From positions 5,943 to 69,942 of the forward strand of contig JAJDXD010000096.1 in assembly GCA_022823405.1 (NCBI GenBank): 64,000 nucleotides of DNA, in the 5' to 3' direction. This document shows positions 9,848-19,611 of the stretch, one piece after another. The DNA comes from Gammaproteobacteria bacterium (GTDB lineage Bacteria; Pseudomonadota; Gammaproteobacteria; Arenicellales; JAJDZL01). Under the pieces are notes generated by a model. That model saw only the letters and a list, made by a program, of their open reading frames with translations, made no database searches and was not told the origin of the DNA. A program made the position numbers and the translations under genes. Position 1 is the stretch's first letter. Each line of letters opens with the position of its first letter.

Positions 9848-10846
9848 CTAATTGACAATTTTTCGCTTCAAAGGAAATAGTTCAATTTGAGTTTTGTCGT
9901 AGATGAGTCCCCACACCCCTTGTGGCATTTTCAACATGGTAAGAATCGCAATCAAACCCAGAATAATCAGATAGTAAGATCCAAAATCTGCGAGAAAACC
10001 GCGCAAAAGAAAAAATATTATTGTCCCAACCACAGCGCCTTCCAATCGTCCAAGGCCACCAATCACAACGATGAAGATGATGTTCGCAGTCCACTCGTTA
10101 ACGTCATAGGCAGAAGTTGGAGAAATTCTTAGTTTACCCAAAAACAAAATTGCGCCTACAAGTCCGGCGACAGCGGAGGCTACCAGGAATACCTGTAATT
10201 TGTTTCGCATGACATTCACGCCGAGCCCTGAAGCTGCCACTTCATCGTCACGCATCGCTGTCAGAGCAAGTCCACGAGACGAACGTAGCCACAAGTAGGC
10301 GATCAACAGTGCGGCAATCACAATTGCTAAAGCAATCCACCAGAAAAGCGCAGCTCTTTCCGTCGAATTTCCAAAGGACTTAGCAACAGCTGTGGGAAAA
10401 CTCATCCCCGAACCCGCACCCAGATAATCAGATTGTGCTGTCAACAAGAGAAAAATTTCTGCCATCACCCACGACCCAATCGCAAAGTAAGCACCATTTA
10501 GCCGAAACAGAATGAGACCGACCGGAATTGCCAAAAGCCCAGCGACCAAACCCGCCAGCAATATGGATGGAATCAGCGGGACACCCCATAGGCCTGCTAG
10601 AGTGAATACGGCATATCCGCCAACTCCGACAAACGCCTGTTGCCCAATTGACATCACACCGGCATACCCCGCCAGCAAATTCCACATCACGGCCAAAGCA
10701 AGATAACCTGCCATTTCTGTGGCAAGTCGCATGGTGGACTTATCGCCCCAGAAGGGCAATAGAACGAGAAAAACGAGCAGAACACCGAAGCCTATCAAGA
10801 CTCCGGTATGGTATTTCTCATTCCGTTCAATTTTGTAATTTGGCAC
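9848..10846 (-). CDS. Liv-type (HAAT) ABC permease, LivM-like
   Basis: WNLLAGYAGVMSIGQQAF, GLALTAMRDDEVAASGLGV, VIGGLG. Confidence 0.9.
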   Translation of the reverse strand: MPNYKIERNEKYHTGVLIGFGVLLVFLVLLPFWGDKSTMRLATEMAGYLALAVMWNLLAGYAGVMSIGQQAFVGVGGYAVFTLAGLWGVPLIPSILLAGLVAGLLAIPVGLILFRLNGAYFAIGSWVMAEIFLLLTAQSDYLGAGSGMSFPTAVAKSFGNSTERAALFWWIALAIVIAALLIAYLWLRSSRGLALTAMRDDEVAASGLGVNVMRNKLQVFLVASAVAGLVGAILFLGKLRISPTSAYDVNEWTANIIFIVVIGGLGRLEGAVVGTIIFFLLRGFLADFGSYYLIILGLIAILTMLKMPQGVWGLIYDKTQIELFPLKRKIVN

Positions 10847-10850
10847 GTTA

Positions 10851-11711
10851 TTACTGCCCTTTGAAAATACCCGCTGGGCGTAAAACCAAAATGATGATGA
10901 ATGCGATATGTCCCGCTAGCATCTGCCATGCGGGATTTAGGTAACCGCCGAAAGCTTGAGCGACGCCTAGTGTCAGTCCACCTATCAGTGTTCCCCATAT
11001 TGACCCTAACCCCCCAATCACTACAACTTCAAACGCGATCAATAGTCTCGAAGGTCCAGACAGCGGAGTGAAACTAGTCCATGCTGCGAACAATACAGCA
11101 GATATCCCACAAACAACCATCGCAATCGCCATTGCAACCGAAAAAGTGTGTCTTGTATTTACCCCCATTACCTGAGCCACTTCCGGATCATCTGCCGTTG
11201 CCCTAAGTACCCGGCCGATGCGAGTCTTGTACGATATGAACTGCAGCCCCGCAATGATTGCGATAGCGCATACAAAAACCAATATCGAATACCACCCAAT
11301 CGAGATGTTACCGATTTGCATGCTGGCTATCTCAATGTTTCCGAAGTCGAGTTTGCGGTCATCAGCAGTGAAAATTTGCAGCAACCCATTTTGCAAAATT
11401 ATTGCGATACCGAAGGTGACGAGCAGTGGAGGCAATACGTTCGTACCAACAGTCCTGTTTAAAATTGCTCGTTGAATGCTGTAACCAAGAAGAGCCATAA
11501 AAGGCAAGACAAAAACAACACTGAGTGCCGCGTGTATGCCGAGTATCGAAGTCGCAGTAAACGCGAGAAAAGATCCTGTAACAATCAAATCACCGTGGGC
11601 AAGATTGACTACGCGCATCACACCAAACACCAATGAGAGTCCCGCTGCGAACAGAGCATAGAGACCACCGATAAGGATTCCCTGAATGATTGTGTTTACG
11701 AGTTCACTCAT
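10851..11711 (-). CDS. Liv-type ABC permease, LivH-like
   Basis: GLSLVFGVMRVVNLAHGD, GRVLRATADD, VVIGGLGS, RPAGIF. Confidence 0.9.
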   Translation of the reverse strand: MSELVNTIIQGILIGGLYALFAAGLSLVFGVMRVVNLAHGDLIVTGSFLAFTATSILGIHAALSVVFVLPFMALLGYSIQRAILNRTVGTNVLPPLLVTFGIAIILQNGLLQIFTADDRKLDFGNIEIASMQIGNISIGWYSILVFVCAIAIIAGLQFISYKTRIGRVLRATADDPEVAQVMGVNTRHTFSVAMAIAMVVCGISAVLFAAWTSFTPLSGPSRLLIAFEVVVIGGLGSIWGTLIGGLTLGVAQAFGGYLNPAWQMLAGHIAFIIILVLRPAGIFKGQ

Positions 11712-11713
11712 GG

Positions 11714-12412
11714 TTAAACTCCAAAAAAGGCATTTGCGACATCGTCGAATGCAAGTTCGTTGCTTTCACCTTCCAAATTTATTTTGCCTTCGAGAATGCA
11801 ATAGACATAGTCAGATAAATCCAACGCGCGACGAACATCTTGCTCTACGACAATCATGCTTACGCCTTTATCACGAAGTACAGGTAGCGTGCGACAGATA
11901 TCACCCACAATTGTTGGTGCAAGACCAAGGCTAAGCTCATCGAATAACAGTACCTTTGGATTGGCCATCAGTGCCCGACCAATTGCTACCATTTGCTGCT
12001 CACCACCAGAAAGGTCTGAACCACGACGCTTACGCAAGCCTTGCAATACTGGAAAGAGGTCGAACACGGTGTCTGTTGACCAGTCACCTGACCGATTGGA
12101 CTCTTGACCCATCAGCAAGTTTTCTTCTACTGAGAGACTGTGAAAAAGTCGTCTCCCCTCGGGGACGGAAGCTATTCCGAGTGCAACAACTTTTTCTGCG
12201 GCGAAACCCCCTATGGATTCGTCATCAAATGTTACACACTCGCGTTCTACTGGGACCCATCCGGCAAGGCTCCGAAGTAACGTGGTTTTCCCAGCGCCGT
12301 TCGGCCCGATTATCGCTACAATTTGACCAGCGTCAAGAGAGATGGAAACACCATAAAGCGCCTGGAAGTCGAGATAGTAAGCATCGAGGTTATGCGTTTG
12401 CAGCAAAGTCAC
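11714..12412 (-). CDS. Liv-type ABC ATPase, LivF-like
   Basis: GPNGAGKTT, LSGGEQQMVAIGRALM, DELSLGLAP. Confidence 0.92.
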   Translation of the reverse strand: MTLLQTHNLDAYYLDFQALYGVSISLDAGQIVAIIGPNGAGKTTLLRSLAGWVPVERECVTFDDESIGGFAAEKVVALGIASVPEGRRLFHSLSVEENLLMGQESNRSGDWSTDTVFDLFPVLQGLRKRRGSDLSGGEQQMVAIGRALMANPKVLLFDELSLGLAPTIVGDICRTLPVLRDKGVSMIVVEQDVRRALDLSDYVYCILEGKINLEGESNELAFDDVANAFFGV

Positions 12413-13137
12413 GCAGGCGTCCCCATATAGATCTCTCTCACTGTTGGCAGAGCAATTACTTCATTCGGTTCCCCTTCTGCAGTCAATTTCCCCTGGTCCA
12501 TTACAACCAGACGATTGACTACTGCGAGTAGAGCATGGACGATATGTTCTATCCAGACAATTGCGACTCCTGTTTTGGCAACTTCACGAATTGTCTGAAT
12601 TAGACTCTCACATTCCATATCCGTTAGGCCACCCGCTACTTCGTCGAGCAGTAGAATGCGAGGTTTCGTAGCTAGGGCTCTCGCCATTTCCAAGCGTTTG
12701 CGATCCAGAAGACGTAGCGTACTTGCCGGTGATTTTGCATGTGCGAGCAACGCTGTATTTTCCAGCACATCAAAACACTGATCATAAGCGGAGCGCTCTG
12801 GCAGGTTGCCGCCAAGTGTTGCACCTACGAGAACGTTTTCGAATACGCTCATACCCAAAAATGGTCTGGGAACCTGGAAGGCACGTGCAATACCTAAAGC
12901 GGCTCGCTGTTGCGCTGGAACTCTGGTTACATCCCTTCCTTCGAGAAAAATAGCACCTTCGGCGGGTAACTTGGTACCCATCGACAAGTCAAGCAATGTG
13001 GACTTACCGGCTCCATTGGGGCCAATGAGGCCAATTACGTCCGTTTGGTCAACTCGAAGCGAAACGTTGTTGGTAACAGTTAATGCACCATAACGGAATG
13101 TAATTCCCTTCAGTTCAAAAAGTAGTCTAGACGTCAC
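12409..13137 (-). CDS. Liv-type ABC ATPase, LivG-like
   Basis: GPNGAGKST, ARAFQVPRPF, LLLDEVAGGL, WIEH. Confidence 0.92.
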   Translation of the reverse strand: MTSRLLFELKGITFRYGALTVTNNVSLRVDQTDVIGLIGPNGAGKSTLLDLSMGTKLPAEGAIFLEGRDVTRVPAQQRAALGIARAFQVPRPFLGMSVFENVLVGATLGGNLPERSAYDQCFDVLENTALLAHAKSPASTLRLLDRKRLEMARALATKPRILLLDEVAGGLTDMECESLIQTIREVAKTGVAIVWIEHIVHALLAVVNRLVVMDQGKLTAEGEPNEVIALPTVREIYMGTPA

Positions 13138-14425
13138 GCAAATTACGTAGCTCAGCCGTTATCGGCACCTCAGGGAGAAAATCATTGGATATGATGTCAA
13201 CCTCAATGCCAAATTCACCACCAAGGCGCCACTGCCCGCCCACAAGCGGTGTGATAGACACGTTGCGACCAAATGGGCCGGTCGAGAAGTTGACCGGTCC
13301 AAGGGTCGTCTCAAGATTGGTTGCCGCCAAAGCTTCGTTAACTGATTCTCGGTCTTCCGGATCGCTCGCAGTAACCAGTGCGTTTATACCAACTTCAAAA
13401 ATTGCATGAGTCCATCCCAAAGGTGGAGTCCAGGGTTTTCCTGAAGCTTTAGTCCAAGCCGCTGCTAGCTCGGCTGAACTTTGTCCGGTCAGGGATGAAG
13501 AAAATGGAAAGTTTGGTGCCCAAACAACTTCCATAGTAAGCCCGTCAGCGAGGTCGCCCAATGTCGCTACCGCTGCTGGAAATACCAAAGCTTTTCCTAT
13601 AGTGGCTGCCTTTGGCCTGAGCCCCTGTTGGCGAGCTTGACGCCAGAAGGTATTCCAGTCCGGCGGATTAAGCACACCTGTCAGCAACTCGGTGTCTTCT
13701 GTTTTAAAGGCGCTTATATGTGCGGAAAAATTGTCGGTTAGGTTGGTAAATGTACCAGGATTTATTAATTTGTAACCCATCCCCGGTAACAGTCCTGGAG
13801 CACCCACCTCTGGATGTGACCAGGCTGCACCATCCGCATCATTCGGGAAAAGGCCACCGACGACTTTATTAGTATCGAGTCGATTCCAGGTCGAAGTGTA
13901 GGCGTTGAGTGCGTCGTTAAGTCCAAAGAAAAAGTGATAGGTGTAGTCGAAACCACTATCAGGAGTCCCGCCACGGCCGAAATACCAGGCTTCCCAAGGG
14001 GCCGCGGTCGACGCACAGGGAACTTCAGCCAGCTCACATTGATCAGCGACAGGGTTAGTAGTATCCGGTGTCGCAGTAACTAGCATAAGGTTGACTTCGT
14101 CTCGCTCAATAAGTTCAGCGGCAACGGTCGCTGCACGACTCGATGAGGATTGACTATCTTTTACGATTATTTCGATTTGGCGTTTTTTTCCGTTGATTTC
14201 AATTCCATTGGCTAGTGACTGTCTTACACCGTCCAGAATGAAATTGTCGGTTTCTCCAAAAACTGCCAACGGACCGGTTTGCGGTGAGACGTATCCAATT
14301 TTGAGTGGGTGTTTACTGGCGAATAGTGGCATTGGCAGAGCGGTAGCCGCAAGTAAAGATGTAGTTCGACCAATAAATGTTCGTCGAGACATCGTTTTAG
14401 AATCATGGTGTTTATGTGTAGACAC
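13127..14425 (-). CDS. Tat-exported ABC substrate-binding protein (Liv/PBP1 family)
   Basis: Twin-arginine SRRTFI; KIGYVSPQTGPLAVFGE; GTG at 14425 preceded by AGAGGA; start uncertain. Confidence 0.85.
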   Translation of the reverse strand: MSTHKHHDSKTMSRRTFIGRTTSLLAATALPMPLFASKHPLKIGYVSPQTGPLAVFGETDNFILDGVRQSLANGIEINGKKRQIEIIVKDSQSSSSRAATVAAELIERDEVNLMLVTATPDTTNPVADQCELAEVPCASTAAPWEAWYFGRGGTPDSGFDYTYHFFFGLNDALNAYTSTWNRLDTNKVVGGLFPNDADGAAWSHPEVGAPGLLPGMGYKLINPGTFTNLTDNFSAHISAFKTEDTELLTGVLNPPDWNTFWRQARQQGLRPKAATIGKALVFPAAVATLGDLADGLTMEVVWAPNFPFSSSLTGQSSAELAAAWTKASGKPWTPPLGWTHAIFEVGINALVTASDPEDRESVNEALAATNLETTLGPVNFSTGPFGRNVSITPLVGGQWRLGGEFGIEVDIISNDFLPEVPITAELRNLRDV

Positions 14426-14521
14426 AGTTATTTCCTCTCTTAGGTTAGTTTCGTTCAATCACCTGAATTGGCTAGGCAAAGTGGTGCAGGCATCTCGTCA
14501 AATTAAGTATTATCATTACAA

Positions 14522-16063
14522 TCAGCTGTCATCTAGAGTGATCAGATTGTCCCAAGGTGATTCGTTACTCCAGTTAATGCAAACACTCTGTCTTCGCATG
14601 TAACCCTTCCAGGCATCCGAACCTGCGGTTCGGCCGCCGCCGGTTTCCTTTTCCCCACCAAATGCGGCACCGACATCAGCGCCAGTCGTGCCCATATTAA
14701 CTTTGGCGATTCCACAGTCAGTGCCTGACGCAGACAAAAACTTTTCGATATTGTTCAAATTCTGACTTTGAATTCCCGATGCCAGCCCTTGGGCGACACC
14801 GTTGTGAATGTCGATTGCCTCGTCCAAGTCTTCATAGTCAATTACGAAGACCAGTGGTGCAAATGTTTCTCGCTGGATACACGGCCAATCAGCCTGACAA
14901 TCAGAAATGATGGTTGCTTCAACATAGTAGCCAGGACGATCTATTCGTTTCCCACCGTACTCAATCTTTCCTCCCTTTTCGACAGCTTCGGAAACGGCAG
15001 TCTCAAAATGTCCTACCGCAGCAGGGTCGATAAGAGGTCCAACCATCGCAGTTTCTTCCCGTGGATCACCGATGCTGATTTGCTCGAAAGAGCTGACCAA
15101 GTTTGCGATTAGTTCATCTCTAACGCTTTTGTGCGCGATGATCCGTCGAGTGCTGGTGCAACGCTGACCTGTCGTACCTACTACACCGAATGTAATTGAA
15201 CGTGCGGCAAGCTTCAGGTCTGCGGTTTCATCTACGATGCAGCCATTGTTTCCAGAACACTCCAATAGACATCGTCGCCCAAGAGTTTTGGCAACTGTAC
15301 TGGCAACATGCTGTCCCACTGCTGTAGACCCAGTGAATGAAATTAGAGCAACTCGTTCGTCTTTGACCATTTCCTCGGCAACTTCATTGTCTTCTGGTAT
15401 GAAGAGCGAGAAAACTCCGTTGTGTCCGGTTTCCTCCATGGCGCGATTAGTCAGATGCTGTAAAGCTATAGCAGTCAAGGGCACTTTGGGACTGGGTTTC
15501 CAAATTACGGTGTTGCCACCAATTGCTGACAAAAATCCATTTTGTGCCCACACAGCGGCTGGAAAGTTGTACGCGGTAATCAAGCCAGCAACACCGAGCG
15601 GTAACCATTGTTCGTACATTCGGTGTTTCTCGCGTTGTGACTGTTGGGTATGGCCGTATAACATACGTGACTGGCCAGTTGCCAGACGGCCCATGTCAAT
15701 TGCTTCCTTGACCTCGCCCTTGCCTTCCATTACTGATTTTCCAGTATCAATCGCTACAATCTTGCCGAGTGCATCGTGGTTCTCGGCCATAAGATCAGCT
15801 ATTCGTGAAATCAGTTCGCCGCGGGCCGGTGCCGGCACCATGCGCCAACGTTTTTGGGCTTCCACGGCACAATTGATGATGCGGTCGTAATCATTACGTG
15901 TTGCAGATGAAATTCCGACCGTTTTCTCACCGTTGGCAGGAAACACATGAGAAAAAACTCCATTTTCGTCAACTGGGAACCATCCATCTGCACTGCAAAA
16001 TGCTCCAGAATTCACAGTTTCTATGCCAAGCTGATCGAAGACCTCACTGATTTCAAATTTCAT
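14522..16063 (-). CDS. Aldehyde dehydrogenase, ALDH7/antiquitin-like
   Basis: GEVKEAID, ITAYNFP, FTGST, LLECSGNN (catalytic Glu), GQRCT (catalytic Cys), AFGGEKETGGGR, GSDAWKGYMRR. Confidence 0.9.
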   Translation of the reverse strand: MKFEISEVFDQLGIETVNSGAFCSADGWFPVDENGVFSHVFPANGEKTVGISSATRNDYDRIINCAVEAQKRWRMVPAPARGELISRIADLMAENHDALGKIVAIDTGKSVMEGKGEVKEAIDMGRLATGQSRMLYGHTQQSQREKHRMYEQWLPLGVAGLITAYNFPAAVWAQNGFLSAIGGNTVIWKPSPKVPLTAIALQHLTNRAMEETGHNGVFSLFIPEDNEVAEEMVKDERVALISFTGSTAVGQHVASTVAKTLGRRCLLECSGNNGCIVDETADLKLAARSITFGVVGTTGQRCTSTRRIIAHKSVRDELIANLVSSFEQISIGDPREETAMVGPLIDPAAVGHFETAVSEAVEKGGKIEYGGKRIDRPGYYVEATIISDCQADWPCIQRETFAPLVFVIDYEDLDEAIDIHNGVAQGLASGIQSQNLNNIEKFLSASGTDCGIAKVNMGTTGADVGAAFGGEKETGGGRTAGSDAWKGYMRRQSVCINWSNESPWDNLITLDDS

Positions 16064-16107
16064 AAGATTGTTCCTGTCGTATTCACGAAAGTAGTCATAT
16101 TGAATAA

Positions 16108-16842
16108 CTAGTTCTTGGGCCTGCCACCAGCAACCCATTTCTGAAACTCGTCTCGGCTATTTTCAGTGGAGGGGAACAGGCCAAAAATAGAACGACCCTG
16201 AGAGATTTGAACTTCAACAAACTCTTCATAGTCGGTAGTCGCATAGGCCGAATCTGCAACATCGTCAACCAAATGGGCAGGAATGACTACGACACCCTCC
16301 CTGTCTCCGACCACAGTATCATTCGGATACACAGCGACACCCGCGCAGCCTATTGGAACTTCCAAGTCTACTGCATGCAGCGCGATTACTGTTGAAGGGG
16401 GGGCTGATTGCCTCTGATACCCGGGAAGTCCAGCTGCCACGATGGCTGGAGTATCACGACATCCGCCATCCGTGACAAACCCGGCTATCCCTCTTTTTTT
16501 GAGGCGAGTTGCCATAATGTCGCCGATCGATGATGCTGCTACGCAATTTCCGGTATCCATTACCAGTACCGATCCCTCTGGAATTTCCTCGATCGCACGT
16601 CGATGGACATTACTGTCAAGCTCATAAATTTCCAAGTTGTCCAAGTCTTCACGTGCTGGAATAAATCGCAGTGTGTAGGCTTTTCCCAGCATTTGAGGTT
16701 GTTGAGGGTCTAAAGGGTTGAGGCCCATCAGATACCTATTTCTAAATCCCAGGGCCAGTAACGCATTGGCGATTGTTGATGTGCTGCATGCGAGCAATTT
16801 GTCATTGCTGGACAATTGGTCAGCAGTACTAGAATTCTGCAA
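16108..16842 (-). CDS. RraA/HMG-CHA aldolase family protein
   Basis: GKAYTLRFIPAREDL, IGDIM, VTDGGCRD, VGDREGVVVIP; TTG start. Confidence 0.85.
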   Translation of the reverse strand: MQNSSTADQLSSNDKLLACSTSTIANALLALGFRNRYLMGLNPLDPQQPQMLGKAYTLRFIPAREDLDNLEIYELDSNVHRRAIEEIPEGSVLVMDTGNCVAASSIGDIMATRLKKRGIAGFVTDGGCRDTPAIVAAGLPGYQRQSAPPSTVIALHAVDLEVPIGCAGVAVYPNDTVVGDREGVVVIPAHLVDDVADSAYATTDYEEFVEVQISQGRSIFGLFPSTENSRDEFQKWVAGGRPKN

Positions 16843-16867
16843 TTTTTCCTCAAAAATTAGGTCATGA

Positions 16868-16895
16868 GTTTAACATTTTATATGAAATGTTAAAC
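16868..16895. promoter_or_regulatory. 28-bp near-perfect palindrome; putative operator, core ATTTTATATGAAAT
   Basis: GTTTAACATTTTATATGAAATGTTAAAC, 26 bp upstream of the RraA-ALDH-Liv operon. Confidence 0.7.
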
Positions 16896-17310
16896 GATTC
16901 TGCTCAAATCTAAGTGTTGCAGATGACGGACTTCATAGCAAAGCCACCACTGAATCCAATTAGAACTTACCCAGGTTTGCAGGATCAACTTTTGCATTGG
17001 CAGAGATGGCGAGTGTCATATTCTCGATTTGTCCAAAAGTGGGTTCAAAGGCCGATTCGTGAGTTTTCGAATTAGTAAACCATCTTCACGTTAATCAAAC
17101 TCATTTGTTCGTTGATACGTGTTGGGTGGAATCGCCGACACCATGGGTCTGGATTGAAGTCATGGCAAAATCATTGGACACTTTCAGAAACCATCTCCAA
17201 ATAGCTGTAAATGGACTTTGTGGTTCACATCATTGCCTCTGTATGGAATACCAACGCCAAGCGAGATTAAGAAGTTCTTATAAAATATTAGCTGATAAAC
17301 TCACTAAGTC

Positions 17311-17324
17311 ATTTCATGTGAAAT
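17311..17324. promoter_or_regulatory. Operator copy ATTTCATGTGAAAT upstream of the GntR gene
   Basis: Same 14-bp palindrome family, 54 bp upstream of the GntR ATG. Confidence 0.65.
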
Positions 17325-17377
17325 AATCATTTAGAATTTCAAATGAGGGACGATTCTACAAATCGAAATGGAGCGCA

Positions 17378-18028
17378 ATGAACGATAACGTTAAAGCAAA
17401 GGTGTCAAAGCAATCTCAAAGTGATAAGGCGTATGAAATACTCAAGTGGAAAATACTGAACTCCGAACTCGCGCTAGGTCAGTTATACACAGAGATGGAA
17501 CTTTGCGAAGTCAGTGGCCTGGGAAGATCGCCGGTACGAAACGCGCTGTTTCGATTGAACCACGACCGTCTAATAAAGGTTGTTCCGCGTAAGGGCATGT
17601 TTATTCGAGGATGGTCTACAGACGAACTGAAGTCGGTTATGGAGTCACGCCTAATTCTTGAGTCCGCCACTGCAGGAATGGCAGCTAAAAATGCTACAAG
17701 CGAGCAAATCAAATATCTAGATCAATTGATGAATGACGCCGACAAATTTTTAGAAAAAAAAGATCGGAAAAGCTTGATGCGGGTTGATCACGATTTTCAT
17801 ATTGGGCTAGCAGATGCATCTGGCAATCCAGTACTTGCAGAACTGATTGGATCACTAAAGCAGCGTTCCAATCCATTGTGGTTCTTGCGGATTACAGGAC
17901 GCGATAAACTCGAAGTGGTACAAACTGAACATAGGGCGATCCTTGAGGCTGTCAAAAAAGCTGATCCCGAAGCTGCTGTCAAAGCACTGCGCGATCACAT
18001 AAAACAGTTGTCAGAAGTTATAGGGTAA
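17378..18028 (+). CDS. GntR/FCD-family transcriptional regulator
   Basis: N-terminal wHTH (SPVRNALFRL..VVPRKG); FCD domain with DHDFH, SGNPVL, EHRAILEA. Confidence 0.92.
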   Translation: MNDNVKAKVSKQSQSDKAYEILKWKILNSELALGQLYTEMELCEVSGLGRSPVRNALFRLNHDRLIKVVPRKGMFIRGWSTDELKSVMESRLILESATAGMAAKNATSEQIKYLDQLMNDADKFLEKKDRKSLMRVDHDFHIGLADASGNPVLAELIGSLKQRSNPLWFLRITGRDKLEVVQTEHRAILEAVKKADPEAAVKALRDHIKQLSEVIG

Positions 18029-18443
18029 TTCTCATGTTCTATCCGATGAATGTGTTGAAACAATAGTTTCAATTGTTGTTAGTTCTTCGAATCTGAATTT
18101 TCCTGTTATGAGGCGGCTGCATGAGCCAGTGGCTGGGCACGAGCGACAGGTACACTAATTCTCCGATGAGCCTACCTTCTATCTTCTGCGACGGAAGAAT
18201 TCACGTTTGATTGTCAGCAGATTGATTCCGAATCTTTCATCGGGCTGTAGTCGGTGGATACGATAGTAGACCTTCCAGGTGATGTCGAAACTAGATCCGA
18301 AAACTAGGCAAACATCATGTGGGTTTCAACCCCTTTCATGATTCCGTCCGTCGGTGTACCAGTCTTCAAATGTACCCGTTCGCCTGATTGACTGCTCGGC
18401 GAGAAATACTGTAAAGATATCTGTTGTATCAATATTAACTAAA

Positions 18444-18457
18444 ATTTTATATAAAAT
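18444..18457. promoter_or_regulatory. Operator copy ATTTTATATAAAAT (perfect palindrome)
   Basis: 38 bp upstream of ATG 18495; followed by GTT as in the 16868 and 20666 copies. Confidence 0.65.
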
Positions 18458-18494
18458 GTTTTACGGAGTATTACCAACTACCGGAACTAACAAT

Positions 18495-19175
18495 ATGACT
18501 GACGAAACGTTAATTCACACCCAACACCTGAGCACCAATGATTGGCAATCATTCGAGAAATTTGCGTTAAAGCAATATGTCCTGTGGGAGCATCCGACGA
18601 CTGGAGCGAGTATTGCCCTATTGGATTTTCCCAAGGGGTCGGGAATTCCCGAAAAACACTCGCATGCTTCAAATCAGTTTATGTATTGCCTTGAAGGTAA
18701 ATACGAATATACGGACTCGAATCTAGTGCTGACACCCGGTAGTTTCTACTCAAACCCCAAAGACCATCCCCATGGCCCAACGTTAGCACATGAGCGCAGC
18801 ATTCTCATTGAGGTCTACGATGGACCGCACTACTACGAAATGCCGGATTACCATACCGATAGCACAATTGGAAAGGTAACCAGTGACGAGCAATATTACA
18901 TGGTTATTGCAGTTGCGGCCAATCCGCTCCCCGGAAGTGACAGTGCTGCATATTCCGCTCACCAGCAGTTCATTAGCGGACTATCAGCTCAAAATCTAAG
19001 CCATCTCAGTGGCAGTCTAGGCAGTGAGTCTGGGAGTGAGTCGCTGGGCACGACCTATATCATCAGTGCTGAGAGCGAACAACATGCCCGCGAAATTGCA
19101 TCTAGTGATCCCTACACATCTGAAGGTCTCTATAAGAGTGTTCAGATTTTCCCGTGGCATGAACACCGTGGTTAG
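18495..19175 (+). CDS. Cupin-domain protein fused to a C-terminal YciI domain
   Basis: Cupin metal motif HSH..YCLEG..HPHGP; C-terminal AH..SGSL..G..IISAESEQHA..DPY..G...PW typical of YciI. ATG 18495 preferred over the ORF-track start because the operator lies between them. Confidence 0.75.
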   Translation: MTDETLIHTQHLSTNDWQSFEKFALKQYVLWEHPTTGASIALLDFPKGSGIPEKHSHASNQFMYCLEGKYEYTDSNLVLTPGSFYSNPKDHPHGPTLAHERSILIEVYDGPHYYEMPDYHTDSTIGKVTSDEQYYMVIAVAANPLPGSDSAAYSAHQQFISGLSAQNLSHLSGSLGSESGSESLGTTYIISAESEQHAREIASSDPYTSEGLYKSVQIFPWHEHRG

Positions 19176-19176
19176 T

Positions 19177-19575
19177 ATGAAAAAGCAACGTATCCTAACA
19201 TCTGATGTAGCAGAACCCCCACCCAAACGATGGTCCAATTGCATGCGCATTGGCGACACGGTATACATCGCCGGACTTACAGCTCGAAAACATGATGGTG
19301 AAACCCTCGCCGGAGACAATGAATATGAGCAATCACACTACATCTTCTCTAAGTTTGCTGCTTACATGAAATCAGTCGATGGCTCTATGGACGATATAGT
19401 GCAAATGATCATCTATGTGACCAACATGGCCAATAATCATGAAGTCTGGCGTGCGCGAGAAGAATTTTTTAGTGGTGATTTTCCAACCTGCACACTGGTC
19501 GAGGTCAGCAAACTTGCCAAACCAGAGATTCTGGTTGAAATAAGTGCCACGGCGCACCTTGGATGCTCTGCGTAA
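19177..19575 (+). CDS. RidA/YjgF/UK114 family protein
   Basis: VYIAGLTA, VWRAREEFF, FPTCTLVEVSKL..LVEISATA; ATG 1 bp after the upstream stop. Confidence 0.88.
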   Translation: MKKQRILTSDVAEPPPKRWSNCMRIGDTVYIAGLTARKHDGETLAGDNEYEQSHYIFSKFAAYMKSVDGSMDDIVQMIIYVTNMANNHEVWRAREEFFSGDFPTCTLVEVSKLAKPEILVEISATAHLGCSA

Positions 19576-19611
19576 ATTCAGAAATCACGTTGCCTCTCTG
19601 GAGGCCAACCA

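Noticed and set aside
15237-15890. Long antisense ORFs (also 49265-49852, 52894-53511, 62578-63123)
   Set aside because: Shadows of well-supported genes on the opposite strand, with no motifs of their own.
18030-18400. Possible pseudogene fragment on the minus strand (..FDITWKVYYRIHRLQPDERFG..)
   Set aside because: Interrupted by stops and no family recognisable without a search.
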